Assembly: GCA_963715335.1 (NCBI GenBank)
Contig: CAVQRZ010000031.1
Location: 1-64,000, forward strand
Length of the DNA stretch: 64,000 nucleotides
From: an uncultured delta proteobacterium
GTDB taxonomy: Bacteria; Desulfobacterota; Desulfuromonadia; Desulfuromonadales; BM103
Direction: 5' to 3'
The notes under the pieces are model-generated. The model was not told the origin of the DNA. It did no database searches and worked only from the letters and a program-made list of their open reading frames with translations. The position numbers and the translations under genes are program-made. How positions within the stretch are numbered: position 1 is the stretch's first letter; each line of letters begins with the position of its first letter. Shown here piece by piece: positions 52,365 to 63,131 of the stretch.

Positions 52365-54251
52365 TCAACTGAACATTCTGCCGATCAGCCCTTTTTTCTC
52401 TCCCTCTTCCTTCTCCTTGCGCATGCTCAGCAACCGCAGTTCGCGCAGTGCCTCGGTAGATTTAGGGTTCTGCTGGACTGCCCTTTCAAAGTGGCGCTGC
52501 GCCTCTTTGCTCTTCCCTTCATCCTTGCAGATGTAGCCGAGGTAGAGGTGCCCCCTGCTGAGCCTGGGATTCAACTCGGTGGCGCGCATCAGGTTTTTGC
52601 GGGCAGTTATGATTACTCCTGTATCTTTGGGGTCAGCCTTGTATGATGACCACGCCTGGTACATCAGGTACTCAGTCTCGCTGGGCCTCAGCGCCAGTGC
52701 TTTTGCAAAGGCTTTCTCCGCATCGTGGTATTTTTTTGATTGCAGGCACGCCATGCCCTCTTGATAAGCATTCTCCGCCTCCAGTCCCCTTTCCAGGGCG
52801 GTCGGGTTGTTTCTCGTCAGCTCTTTCAGGTCGTTGATATAACGGGCCTTAGCTTTCTCGTCGACCAGGGTCTCATGGGCATCGCTGATGCGTTGGAAAA
52901 GTGCGTTGGCCTTGTATTTCAGGTCGGCCAGGACATCCTGCTCAAAAAAACGATCAGGATGATATTTCTTGACCAGGCTGTGATAGGCTTTTCGTACCTG
53001 TTCCCTGGACCCGGATTCGCTGACGCCGAACAGGGTGAAGTAGTCCTGTCCCATCATCCAGATGTAATCTTTCATAAACGCCTCTCGTCGTGCACGAATC
53101 TCTTCCGTCTCTTCGGTGCAGGCCTCTTGAGCCGCCGCCGGCTCATTCTGGACGCTGACCAGTATGTTGGTGCTAAGAAGTGCTGCCAACAGCGGTTCGA
53201 CCTCGTTGCGCGACAGGATGTGACGCTCGAGAATTTCGCTTAGTGTGACGCTGCCCTTGCAGTTGTCCAGAATGCGCTGGTCGCTGCCAGTCAGCTCTAT
53301 TTCCTGAAAACGGTAAAGGGGGCTCTCCGCCTCTTTCAGATAATGTCCGAGGTGTGGTTTGAGGATCTTTGCCAGGAGCGCGCGGCTGGCGTGTTTGCGC
53401 AGCCCCTGCAGAATCAGATTTGCCGGAGACAGGTTTATGCTGGTCACGTTCTGCTTGAATTCACGCACCTGCACGAAGCGGTAGCTGCCTTCCGGCCAGG
53501 CAAAGATGTCGAGGATTTTTTCCAGGACCTGGTCGCGCAGGGTCTCGTGGAGCTGGTGAGGTGTGAGCAGCCTCATCTCGATCAGAGCCATACCGTGGCG
53601 CTGTCCCTTCAGCTTGGCTGTTTCGAGAGATGCTTTCAGTTGGGCTTCCGTGAGCTGTCCCGCCCGTACGAGTCGCTGGCCGAGAAATTCACGAACCAGG
53701 TTTGATCGAACGAAAATCGGATAACCGTTGCGAATATAGACAACTTTCTTCAGGTCCTTGTACTCGAGGTGAAGCAGGCCGGTCGCACGCAGGCTGTACA
53801 GATTGTGCAGGATGCGCGGGAAGTCTGATTCAGCAAGGTTGCCCTCGATGCTTAGCCTTGCCGAATCTGCAGTTGCTGCAGGAACGCCAATCAGTGCATC
53901 GATCTTCTCGTGGAGGGTCTTCAGCGGGAAAGGCTTGAGGAGGTAATCTGTCGCGCCGTATTGTTCGCGGGCGTCGCGGATATGATCTGCCTGCTTGTAG
54001 AAAGCCGTCATCATGATGATCGGCAAATCCTTGGTCTTCGGCAGGGCCCTCAACTTGCCGCAGAGCTGAAGGCCATTGGTGCCGGGCAGGAGGACGTCCA
54101 GTAAAACCAGGTCAACCTCGAGGTTGTCCAGTTGCCGAAGGGCTGTTTCAGCGTCTTCAAAGCTGTGTACTTCATAACCATGCAGGCGCAGGGACTCTGA
54201 GAGAAAACGTCTGATGTTCGCGTCATCATCGACTATCAGGATATGCTTCAT
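52365..54251 (-). CDS. Response regulator with REC, DUF4388-like, J-domain and TPR modules
   Basis: ILIVDDD/LLDVLLP/KPF receiver; ATGLL...G.PIFV.SN region; KKYHPDRF J-domain; C-terminal TPRs. Confidence 0.82.
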   Translation of the reverse strand: MKHILIVDDDANIRRFLSESLRLHGYEVHSFEDAETALRQLDNLEVDLVLLDVLLPGTNGLQLCGKLRALPKTKDLPIIMMTAFYKQADHIRDAREQYGATDYLLKPFPLKTLHEKIDALIGVPAATADSARLSIEGNLAESDFPRILHNLYSLRATGLLHLEYKDLKKVVYIRNGYPIFVRSNLVREFLGQRLVRAGQLTEAQLKASLETAKLKGQRHGMALIEMRLLTPHQLHETLRDQVLEKILDIFAWPEGSYRFVQVREFKQNVTSINLSPANLILQGLRKHASRALLAKILKPHLGHYLKEAESPLYRFQEIELTGSDQRILDNCKGSVTLSEILERHILSRNEVEPLLAALLSTNILVSVQNEPAAAQEACTEETEEIRARREAFMKDYIWMMGQDYFTLFGVSESGSREQVRKAYHSLVKKYHPDRFFEQDVLADLKYKANALFQRISDAHETLVDEKAKARYINDLKELTRNNPTALERGLEAENAYQEGMACLQSKKYHDAEKAFAKALALRPSETEYLMYQAWSSYKADPKDTGVIITARKNLMRATELNPRLSRGHLYLGYICKDEGKSKEAQRHFERAVQQNPKSTEALRELRLLSMRKEKEEGEKKGLIGRMFS

Positions 54252-54258
54252 AGCTCCC

Positions 54259-57200
54259 TCAGAATCCATCTTGAGCGTTCTCCGTCTGTTTCAGAATGCG
54301 GTTGAAAGTCTCCCGGATGATTTGGGTCGTGACTGCGTAGTCATCCAGGAATACTCTTTCCGGTTGCCCCGTCCTGTCCTCGTAACCAAGGTGCCTGGCC
54401 AGTTTGGTCAGCGCTGCCGGGTCGGAGGTCAATTGATTGACCGACTGGTCGTGGACCAGACGCAGCTTGTTTTCAAGCCGGCGCAGGAACTTATAGCCTG
54501 ACGTCAGGTTCTCATAGTCTTTTTGCGAAATCAAGGCTAGGCTGAGAAGCTCTTGCAGCGTATCCAGGGTGTTGCGACAACGCAGAGAGGGCCTGGACCG
54601 ACCATGCAGAAGCTGCAGGTACTGAGCGATAAATTCAACATCCACCATGCCGCCCCGGCCGGTTTTAATGTTGCGGTGCAGGGCATCTTCCTTGCCGAGC
54701 TCTTTTTCCATGCGCTGGCGCAGCCGATAAATCTCCTCGGCGAGGTCGTCCGGCAGAGGGCGTTCGTAGACGATCTCCGCCGTAAGGGTTTCATAGCTGG
54801 CCGCCAGCCCCGTTGAACCCGCAACCACTCTGGCCTTGAGCAGGGCCTGGCGCTCCCATGGGGCTGCTGAGCTTTCATGGTATTCGCGATAAGCCGGCAG
54901 GGAAGAGACCAGGGGTCCCTGGTTGCCGGATGGCCGCAGTCGGGTGTCGATTTCGTAGACATGTCCTTCCTGTGTCATCAAGGTCAAAATCGAAATAATC
55001 CTCTGGGCGAGGCGGGCAAAGTACTGTTGGTTGGTTTGAGGTCTGAAACGGTCGGGGTCGGCATCTTCGGCCGGCCGGGTTTTCCCCTCTCCTTCGTAGA
55101 TAAAGATGATATCAAGGTCGGAGTGGTAATTCAGCTCCATGCCGCCGAGCTTGCCCAGGCCGACGATTGCAAATGCAGCTTCGTGGCATTCCCCGTTTTC
55201 ATCTTCGCAGCAGGGCAATCCGTAGCGTTCCAGCAACTCATCTCTGGCAATTGCCAGTGCCTGTTGCAGGCATGTGTCGGCCACCATCGAAAGCTGAAGG
55301 GTGGTCTGCCCCTGCGGGGTGTGACCGTGGATGTCGTTCAGGGCAATGCGCAGGAATTCTTCGTTGCGAAAACGGCGCAGGGTGTTGAGCTTGTCTTCGT
55401 AATGGGGCGCATTGTCGAGGAGCCCGGTGATCTCAGCAGTCAGCTCTTCCGGCTCCTTGACGCTCTGGGCAGAACTCCTTGAGACCAGCGAATCGAGGAC
55501 TTCCGGGTGCTGGATGAAGTTGCGGGAGAGAAACTGGCTGGTGGCAAAAAGCGAGACCAGGACCTTGATGATTTCTGGGTTTTCAGCCAATAGTGCATAG
55601 TAGGTGCCACGTGCCCGTCGACACGCCTCAAGGAACTTCTCCATGTTCGCCAGGGCCATCGGCGGGTCGGGACTGTGCATCACTTCCTGAAAGAGCAGCG
55701 GCGCAATCCTGTCGAGTCGGCGGCGGGCCCGCTCCGTGAGATAGCCCCTGGTGCCCCCCTGGCGCAGGACCAGCAGGCTTTCATAAGCCCCTTCCGGTGG
55801 CCGGAAGCCTTTCTCCTCGAGAATATCCATGCACAGGTCTGCGTCGGCGTTGGGGTCGAACAGAAACGCAACTTCCGGAAGGATCTGGGACGGCAACTCC
55901 TCTTCGCTGGTGTAGAAGAGGTCACGGAACACGGCTGTCACTTTGCTGCGGTGATCGCGCAGGGCCGCCATGAAGCTGTCGCTGCCGAAGAAGCCACAGC
56001 GCCTGGCCAGGGCCGTGAGTTCCTGCGGACGGACCGGAAGGTTGTGGGTCTGCTGTTCATGAACCACCTGGATACGATGTTCCGCCGTGCGCAGGAAGCG
56101 GTAGGCCGCGCTCAGGTTGTCCCGCTCCTCGGCAGTGACCAGCCCCTCGCTGCAGAGGACCTGCAGCGCCTTGAGAGAGTTGCGCTCGCGCAGCCTCGGT
56201 TTTTTGCCGGCGTTGATCAGCTGCAGGGCCTGGATGAAAAACTCGATCTCGCGGATGCCTCCGTACCCGAGCTTGAGGTTCAGTTCCCCCTCTTTTTCAC
56301 GGCTCAGGCTGCGGTCAATTTTCTGCTTCATCACCTTGATATCGTCAATCATGGCGTAATCCAGATGCCGTCGATAAATAAACGGATCCAGACGTTCGAG
56401 CAATTTCACGCCCAGAGCTTTAGAGCCTGCGACCGGGCGCGCCTTGAGCATTGCCGAACGCTCCCAACTCTGTCCCCAGCTTTCGTAATAGATCTCCCCG
56501 GCTGCCAGAGAATTTGCCATTTCACCGCTGTTACCCTCGGGGCGCAGCCGCAGGTCAACCCGGAAGACAAAACCGTCTTCTGTTGCCTGACCGATCGCGC
56601 GGGTGATCATCTCCGATAATTTGACAAAATACTGGTGCAGCGAGATCTGGTTGCGCCTGCCGCGTACCGGATCTTCAATTCCAGCAGTCTGACCGCGGTC
56701 GGAACTGTAGAAATAGATCAGGTCGATGTCGCTGGAGAAGTTCAGTTCGCAGCCGCCGAACTTGCCCATGCCAAGGATGGTGAAATCGGCTTCTTGTTCA
56801 GGCGCTCCCTCCACTCTGTCCAGCAGCGGTACACCGTATTCTTTTTGCAGCTGGAGGCTGCAGACCTCGAATGATCTCTGTAAGGTTGCTGCTGCCAGCG
56901 CCGAGAGCTCGGCCGTGACTTCCTCGAGCTCTGCCATGCCGCAGAGGTCGCGGGTGCCGATGCGTAGGATCTCTTCGGCTTTGTAGGTGCGCAGGCCTTT
57001 TTTCAGGAGGGCAGTATCAGCGTCATCGCCGATCATCTGACGCAGTTCGATGCACATCTGCTGTTCCGTTTTCGACTGGTTGACCTGACCCTTGCGAAAC
57101 AGGCCGGCAAAGAAGCTGGCCCGGCGGCAGAGGATGCCGGCGAGGAAAGGGGAAGCTCCCAGGACCGTCAGCAGTTGATGGGTGCTGTGTCTTGTCGATG

Positions 57201-57466
57201 AGTACGATCGCCAGGTCGGATTTGTCGACCGTGGCGGTGAGGCGCTCGAGGTTGTTGAGTGCCAGGTCGGGATCGGCAGTCGTCAGCGCATGCCTGGCAA
57301 GGTCGATGGTCAACCGCGGCTCAGCGAGGGTTTCATTGAGCAGACAGAGGTTCGCCGCGGTTCTTCCCGGCTCGCCAAAACCGGCGTCGGCGGCGGTGGC
57401 GGCAAGGTCTTTTTCATTGCCGGCCGCAAGCAGGTCAACCCAGGTTTGGTCCTCGGCAAAAGGCAT
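54259..57466 (-). CDS. glnE: Glutamine synthetase adenylyltransferase, split by a frameshift near 57185
   Basis: Two nucleotidyltransferase domains (GMGKFGGCELNFSSDID and GLGKLGGMELNYHSDLD), LRPEG/LRPSG; N-terminus in ORF 57023..57466. Confidence 0.93.
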
Positions 57467-57474
57467 CGATGCAG

Positions 57475-58551
57475 TTACCTGTTCTTCGCGACGAGCATCG
57501 CCAGCCGCTCGGTGTAATTGTCCCGGGCGACGCCGAATTCGGTAATGATTGCGCTCACGAGCCGTGCCGGGGTGACATCGAAGGCAGGGTTGAACACGGC
57601 AATGCCATCCGGTGCCAGTTGCTGTTCGCCAATGTGGGTGACTTCGCGGCTGTCTCGCTCCTCGATCGGGATTTGCGAGCCGTCCGGAATCTGCAGGTCG
57701 ATGGTAGATGTCGGCGCGGCGACGTAGAAAGGGATATTATGCTCTTTGGCAAGGACCGCAACCGTGTAGGTGCCGATCTTGTTGGCAACATCGCCGTTGG
57801 CAGCGACGCGGTCAGCGCCAACGATTACGGCATCAATGGCCCCCTTTGACATCAGGTAACCGGCCATGTTGTCACAGATCAGGATGGTCGGGATCTGGTC
57901 CCGCTGCAATTCCCAGGCGGTCAGCCTGGAACCTTGCAGAAACGGTCTGGTCTCATCGGCCAGGACCGTGACCTGTTTCCCTGCTGCTACGGCGGCGCGG
58001 ATGACGCCGAGGGCGGTACCATAGCCAGCGGTGGCCAGGGCCCCGGCATTGCAGTGGGTGAGGACGCGGACCTCATCCGGCAAAAGCTCCGCGCCGTGTC
58101 TGCCCATGCTCATGTTGATACGGATATCTTCATCGTTGATTGCCATGGCCTCATATTCAAGCCCGATCTTCAGGTTCTCAACCGGCTGGTCGGGATTGGC
58201 GCGGATCAGGCTTTGCATGCGCTCCAGTGCCCAACAGAGGTTGACGGCGGTTGGCCGGGTCCCGGCCAATAGATCGCAGACTTTTTTGAATTCGCTGACA
58301 AAATCGGTGTAGTTGTCGGCCTTTATGGCGCGGGCACCGAAGTACGCACCATATGCGGCAGTCACACCGATGGCAGGTGCGCCGCGGACCACCATGCTGC
58401 GGATCGCTTCGGCAACCGCCTGGCAGTCGGTATATTCCAGCCAGACTTCCTGGGTGGGCAAAAGCCGCTGGTCGATCAGGCTCATGACGCCGTTGCTGTA
58501 CTTGATTGGGCGGATGCCATTGGCCCCTGGTGCGAAAGTGCAATTGCTCAT
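57475..58551 (-). CDS. mtnA: S-methyl-5-thioribose-1-phosphate isomerase
   Basis: DQRLLP, VRGAPAIG, RPTAVNL, THCNAGALAT and NKIGTY. Confidence 0.96.
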   Translation of the reverse strand: MSNCTFAPGANGIRPIKYSNGVMSLIDQRLLPTQEVWLEYTDCQAVAEAIRSMVVRGAPAIGVTAAYGAYFGARAIKADNYTDFVSEFKKVCDLLAGTRPTAVNLCWALERMQSLIRANPDQPVENLKIGLEYEAMAINDEDIRINMSMGRHGAELLPDEVRVLTHCNAGALATAGYGTALGVIRAAVAAGKQVTVLADETRPFLQGSRLTAWELQRDQIPTILICDNMAGYLMSKGAIDAVIVGADRVAANGDVANKIGTYTVAVLAKEHNIPFYVAAPTSTIDLQIPDGSQIPIEERDSREVTHIGEQQLAPDGIAVFNPAFDVTPARLVSAIITEFGVARDNYTERLAMLVAKNR

Positions 58552-58571
58552 GGTAGGTTCCTGTATGTTGG

Positions 58572-58663
58572 AGAATCCAGTAGCCAGTATTCAGTATCCA
58601 GTAGGAAAGCAAACCTTTAGATAATCATAATTACTTTATTCTGGATACTGGATTCTGAATTCT
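58572..58663. repeat. Inverted heptanucleotide tandem-repeat element
   Basis: AGAATCC AGTAGCC AGTATTC AGTATCC ... TCTGGATACTGGATTCTGAATTCT. Confidence 0.8.
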
Positions 58664-58674
58664 CGGATTTATTC

Positions 58675-60117
58675 CTATCCCCCCAGCTTCTTCTTCAGCA
58701 GCTGATTCACCATCCCGGGGCTGGCCTTGCCCTGGCTGGCCTGCATGACCTTGCCGACGAAAAATCCGATCAGCTTGTCCTTGCCGCCGAGGTACTCGGC
58801 AACCTGGTCGGGGTGGGCGGCAATGACTTCGTCAACCAGGCTTTCGATGGCCCCCGTATCAGTCACCTGCCTCAGCCCTTCTGCCGCGATAATCTGGTCT
58901 GCGGTCTGACCGTTCTGCCACATCTTGTCAAAGACCATCTTGGCGATTTTCCCTGAGATGGTTTTGTCGGTAATCCTGTCGAGCAACCCGGCCAGCATTG
59001 CCGGCGTAACCGGTACGTTGCTGATAGCGGCCCCGGTCTCTTTGAGCTTGCGCAGGATCTCGCCCATAACCCAGTTGGCGCAGGTCTTGGCATCTCCCGA
59101 GGCCTGTACGCAGGCGTCAAAATAATCTGCCATCTGCCGATCAGAGGCCAGTACTTCGGCATCGTAGGCAGGCAGGCCGAGTTCGTTGACAAAGCGGGCC
59201 CGCTTGGCGTCCGGCAACTCGGGGAGGGTCGCGCGCACCTCCGCAATCCATTCCTTGCTGATGACCAGCGGCACCAGGTCCGGGTCCGGGAAGTAGCGGT
59301 AGTCGTGGGCCTCTTCCTTGCCGCGCATGGAACGGGTCGTGCCGGTGTTGCTGTCAAAAAGCCGGGTTTCCTGAATCACCTTGTCGCCACTTTCAATCAG
59401 ATCGATCTGGCGTTCCACTTCATATTCGATCGCCTGCTTGATGAAGCGGAACGAGTTGATGTTCTTCAGTTCAGCACGGGTGCCGAACTCCTGCTGGCCG
59501 AACGGGCGGACCGAGACATTGGCGTCACAGCGGAAGCTGCCTTCCTCGAGGTTGCCGTCGCAGACGCCGAGGTAAACGACGATCTGGTGCAACTTCTTCA
59601 GGTAGGCGATGGCCTCGTCCGCCGAGCGCATATCCGGTTCCGAAACAATTTCCAGCAGCGGAGTGCAGGCACGGTTCAGGTCGACCATGGAGACCCCCGC
59701 GGTATCCGGTGTTTCACCGTGGACCAGCTTGCCGGCATCTTCTTCCATATGAGCACGGGTGATGCCGATTCGTTTGTCTTCACCATTTTCAAGAGTGATG
59801 TCCAGCCAGCCGTGTTCGCAGACCGGTAATTCGAACTGGGAAATCTGGTAGCCCTTTGGCAGGTCAGGGTAGAAATAGTTCTTACGGGCAAAGATCGAAC
59901 GTGGCGCGATCTGGCAGTTTGTCGCCAGACCTGTCCTGATGGCAAGCTCTACGGCTTTTTCGTTCAGAACCGGCAAGGCGCCGGGCAGACCGAGACAGAC
60001 CGGGCAGGTCTGCGAGTTGGGTGCCTGGCCAAACGCGGTCGAACAACCGCAAAAGATCTTGGTTTTGGTCGTCAGCTGGACGTGAACTTCCAGGCCGATG
60101 ACGGTTTCGTAATTCAT
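58675..60117 (-). CDS. gatB: Asp-tRNA(Asn)/Glu-tRNA(Gln) amidotransferase subunit B
   Basis: [27 protein letters not shown] and [10 protein letters not shown]. Confidence 0.98.
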   Translation of the reverse strand: MNYETVIGLEVHVQLTTKTKIFCGCSTAFGQAPNSQTCPVCLGLPGALPVLNEKAVELAIRTGLATNCQIAPRSIFARKNYFYPDLPKGYQISQFELPVCEHGWLDITLENGEDKRIGITRAHMEEDAGKLVHGETPDTAGVSMVDLNRACTPLLEIVSEPDMRSADEAIAYLKKLHQIVVYLGVCDGNLEEGSFRCDANVSVRPFGQQEFGTRAELKNINSFRFIKQAIEYEVERQIDLIESGDKVIQETRLFDSNTGTTRSMRGKEEAHDYRYFPDPDLVPLVISKEWIAEVRATLPELPDAKRARFVNELGLPAYDAEVLASDRQMADYFDACVQASGDAKTCANWVMGEILRKLKETGAAISNVPVTPAMLAGLLDRITDKTISGKIAKMVFDKMWQNGQTADQIIAAEGLRQVTDTGAIESLVDEVIAAHPDQVAEYLGGKDKLIGFFVGKVMQASQGKASPGMVNQLLKKKLGG

Positions 60118-60130
60118 GTAGGACCTCTTG

Positions 60131-60164
60131 TTCAGTATTCAGAATCCAGAATTCAGAATCCAGT
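60131..60164. repeat. Single arm of heptanucleotide repeat
   Basis: AGTATTC AGAATCC AGAATTC AGAATCC in the gatA-gatB spacer. Confidence 0.75.
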
Positions 60165-60167
60165 GTG

Positions 60168-61625
60168 CTAAATGTCCGCTTTCTTCTTATGCCATGCCGT
60201 TGCCTGCTCGAACGCATGCGCGGCTTGCAGAATGGTTGCTTCATCGAATGGCTTGCCAATCAGCTGCATGCCGATCGGCAAGCCGGTTGCCGAGAAGCCG
60301 CAGGGCAAGCTCATGGCGCAGGTTCCTGCCAGGTTAACCGGAATGGTGTAAATGTCGGACAGGTACATCTGCAGCGGGTCGTTGACTTTCTCGCCGATAG
60401 CAAAGGCCGGAGTTGGTGCCACCGGTGTCAGCAGGACATCGGCCTGTTCAAAAGCCTTCAGGAAATCCTGGCGGATCAGGGTCCTGACCTTCTGTGCCTT
60501 GAGATAGTAGGCGTCGTAGTAACCGGAAGAGAGGGCATAAGTGCCGAGCATGATGCGACGCTTGACTTCGGCACCGAAACCGGCCGCCCGGCTCTGCATG
60601 TACATGTCGATCAGGTTCTCAGCATTCTCGGCGCGCAGCCCGAAACGTACGCCGTCGTAGCGGGCCAAATTGCTGGAGGCTTCCGCAGTGGCGATCAGGT
60701 AGTAGCATGCGACGGCGTAGGTGGTGTGCGGCAGGGACACCTCGATGATCTCGGCACCGAGCTCACGATATGTCGCAACGGCTTGTTCAACGGCCTTGCG
60801 AACATCGGCATCGAGGCCGTCGATGAAATATTCTTTCGGCAGGCCGAGCCTGACTCCGCTCAGCTTGCCGTCAAGGCTGGCCCGGTAATCGGGTACCGGA
60901 GTGTCGACCGAGGTCGAGTCCGACGGATCGTAACCGGCGATCGCCTGCAGCAGCAGGGCGCAGTCACGCACATCGCGGGTGACTGCACCGACCTGGTCAA
61001 GCGACGAAGCGTAGGCGACCACTCCGTAGCGAGAGACGCGTCCGTAGGTCGGTTTCAGGCCGACCACGCTGCAATGGGACGCCGGTTGGCGGATTGAGCC
61101 GCCGGTGTCGGTGCCCAGCGCCGCAGCCGCCTGGTGGGCTGCAACACTGGCAGCGCTGCCGCCCGACGACCCTCCCGGCACACAGTCCGTGTTCCATGGG
61201 TTGCGAACGGGTCCGAACGCACTGTTTTCATTGGAGCTGCCCATGGCGAATTCGTCCATGTTGAGCTTGCCGATGATCACGGCGTGCTGTGCCTTGATCC
61301 GGGCTATGGCTGTCGCGTCATAAGGGGAAACGTAGCTCTTCAGGATGCGTGAACCGCAGGTCGTGTGCAACCCGGCCGTATTGAAGATGTCTTTCGCGGC
61401 AATCGGCAGCCCCGTCAAAGGGCTCGTCTGGCCGGAGGCGATCAGCTTGTCGGCCGCAGCGGCTTCGGCAAGTGCGGTTTCGTTGCAGACGGTAATGAAC
61501 GTGTTGAGGTTGGGGTTGGTCGCGGTGATTCTCTCCAGGTAAGCGTCGGTTAGCTCAACCGCGGAAAATTCCCGCTGGTCGAGTCCGGTACGTAATCCTG
61601 CCAGAGTCAGGTCATAGATCGTCAT
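60168..61625 (-). CDS. gatA: Amidotransferase subunit A
   Basis: [29 protein letters not shown] and SSNLARYDG. Confidence 0.98.
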   Translation of the reverse strand: MTIYDLTLAGLRTGLDQREFSAVELTDAYLERITATNPNLNTFITVCNETALAEAAAADKLIASGQTSPLTGLPIAAKDIFNTAGLHTTCGSRILKSYVSPYDATAIARIKAQHAVIIGKLNMDEFAMGSSNENSAFGPVRNPWNTDCVPGGSSGGSAASVAAHQAAAALGTDTGGSIRQPASHCSVVGLKPTYGRVSRYGVVAYASSLDQVGAVTRDVRDCALLLQAIAGYDPSDSTSVDTPVPDYRASLDGKLSGVRLGLPKEYFIDGLDADVRKAVEQAVATYRELGAEIIEVSLPHTTYAVACYYLIATAEASSNLARYDGVRFGLRAENAENLIDMYMQSRAAGFGAEVKRRIMLGTYALSSGYYDAYYLKAQKVRTLIRQDFLKAFEQADVLLTPVAPTPAFAIGEKVNDPLQMYLSDIYTIPVNLAGTCAMSLPCGFSATGLPIGMQLIGKPFDEATILQAAHAFEQATAWHKKKADI

Positions 61626-61653
61626 GATGATATTATCCGTATGATATTGGGAA

Positions 61654-61941
61654 CTATTCGATAACCCGACGGACCCGGAAAGCATTGTCCGTGGCATCCG
61701 GAGCGTTGCTCAGAGCCTGTTCGGTCGTGAGACCGGGCCTGACCTCGTCCGGGCGGAAGGCATTCTCCATCGGTACGGCATGGGCGGTTGGAACAATCCC
61801 TGCCGTATCGAGGGCGTTGAGTTGCTCCACGTAGTCGAGAATTGCATCCATTTCGCCGGTCAATGAGTCGAGCTCTGCTTCGCTCAGTGCCAGGCGGGCA
61901 AGGCGACTGACATGCTCGACTTCGGCACGGGTGATTTTCAT
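61654..61941 (-). CDS. gatC: Amidotransferase subunit C
   Basis: [11 protein letters not shown]...NAP....F.V.RVIE; upstream of gatA. Confidence 0.96.
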   Translation of the reverse strand: MKITRAEVEHVSRLARLALSEAELDSLTGEMDAILDYVEQLNALDTAGIVPTAHAVPMENAFRPDEVRPGLTTEQALSNAPDATDNAFRVRRVIE

Positions 61942-62145
61942 TTTTGGGTAAACCTCCACGGCTTGATTTCATCCAATGAGCAAATAAAAAAAGTATCACG
62001 GGCTCCCATGACAAGGCAAGCACGGTAAAAGTCCTTGTGCAGCGGACAGGGAAGTTTCCGTTGCGATAAGATCGATGAGCGTTTCCTTTATCGCAAGAAG
62101 AGTGACAATAAGGTGAGGTGATAACAACTTCGGGAAGCTCAGATG

Positions 62146-62173
62146 AAAAAAGCACCTCTATGCAGAGGTGCTT
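62146..62173 (-). terminator. Intrinsic terminator after tatA
   Basis: AAGCACCTCT-ATGC-AGAGGTGCTT with an A-tract on + (U-tract on -). Confidence 0.75.
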
Positions 62174-62206
62174 GATTGTTCCAGGTAAATTTCTTTTGCC
62201 TGAGGG

Positions 62207-62404
62207 CTACTTGTTTTTGCCGTCGTCGTCGATCTTGTCAGGATCTTTGCCGTTGATACCCTCTTCGCCTTCCTTGACGCCATCCTTGAAGTTCCGAAGG
62301 CTCTTACCCAATGCGCCCCCGACCTGGGGCAGTTTGCCGGCACCGAAGATAATCATTACGAGTACCAGTATGATAATCAGTTCTGTTGTGCCCAGTCCGA
62401 ACAT
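62207..62404 (-). CDS. tatA: Twin-arginine translocase TatA/TatE subunit
   Basis: MFGLGTTELIIILVLVMIIFGAGKLPQVGGALGKSLRNFK. Confidence 0.95.
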   Translation of the reverse strand: MFGLGTTELIIILVLVMIIFGAGKLPQVGGALGKSLRNFKDGVKEGEEGINGKDPDKIDDDGKNK

Positions 62405-62490
62405 GTGATCGACTCCTTCGAAATAGTTGTTTAAATCATCATAGACACATTCGGGGAAAAATCAACAGATTTACATTGGCTCTGGCCAAT

Positions 62491-63087
62491 ACAGATAGTT
62501 AATCTGTTGACCTTTTCATTTTCTTGAAATGCGTAAAAGCAAAACCGGCGGGTCGCGTCCCGCCCGACGCCATACTTTTGTCCGGCAACAAAAGTATGCA
62601 AAAGTGCCTTCTCCTTGCGGAGGGCATCTCCTCTGCCGGGTTTCTGTGACTTCGAGGAGTGGCTGTGATGGGGATCCGGCCCTGTGTCAAAGGGCCTGAC
62701 CTTGCCGTGTGATTTACCAGGGAAAAGCCAAAACAACCCCTACCGACGCAAGTCTCCACTGCAGGAGAGGCTCTCAAGAGCCTCGGCTCCTGCGGGGGAA
62801 GCGTAGGTTCCTGATCGTTTAGAACCATCCGGATTGAGGTCGCCGCCATTCCGAGCCAGACATGCCCAGCGCAGCGCAGGCCTTTTTCTGCTTACTCTTT
62901 TGGGCCAGCAAAAGAGTAAGGCGCAGTCGGGGGGCGCAACCCCCGGGTTTTGTTTTTATCTTTGAATTCCAAAGAACAACGGCAAATGGCAACAGATGCA
63001 CCATCTGTTGCCAAAGCTTCATAGACACTCCATATGCCAGGCAAAAAAACAACCCCCGCATTGCGTGCGGGGGTTATGAACAATCCG
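62491..63087. repeat. Mosaic repeat cluster 6: H, ~415-bp element 62539-62951 (reverse), H, end module
   Basis: Same modules as clusters 2 and 4. Confidence 0.92.
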
Positions 63088-63131
63088 GGGCCGACAAAAG
63101 TCGGCCCCGGGAACAGATAAATCCAGCAGAC

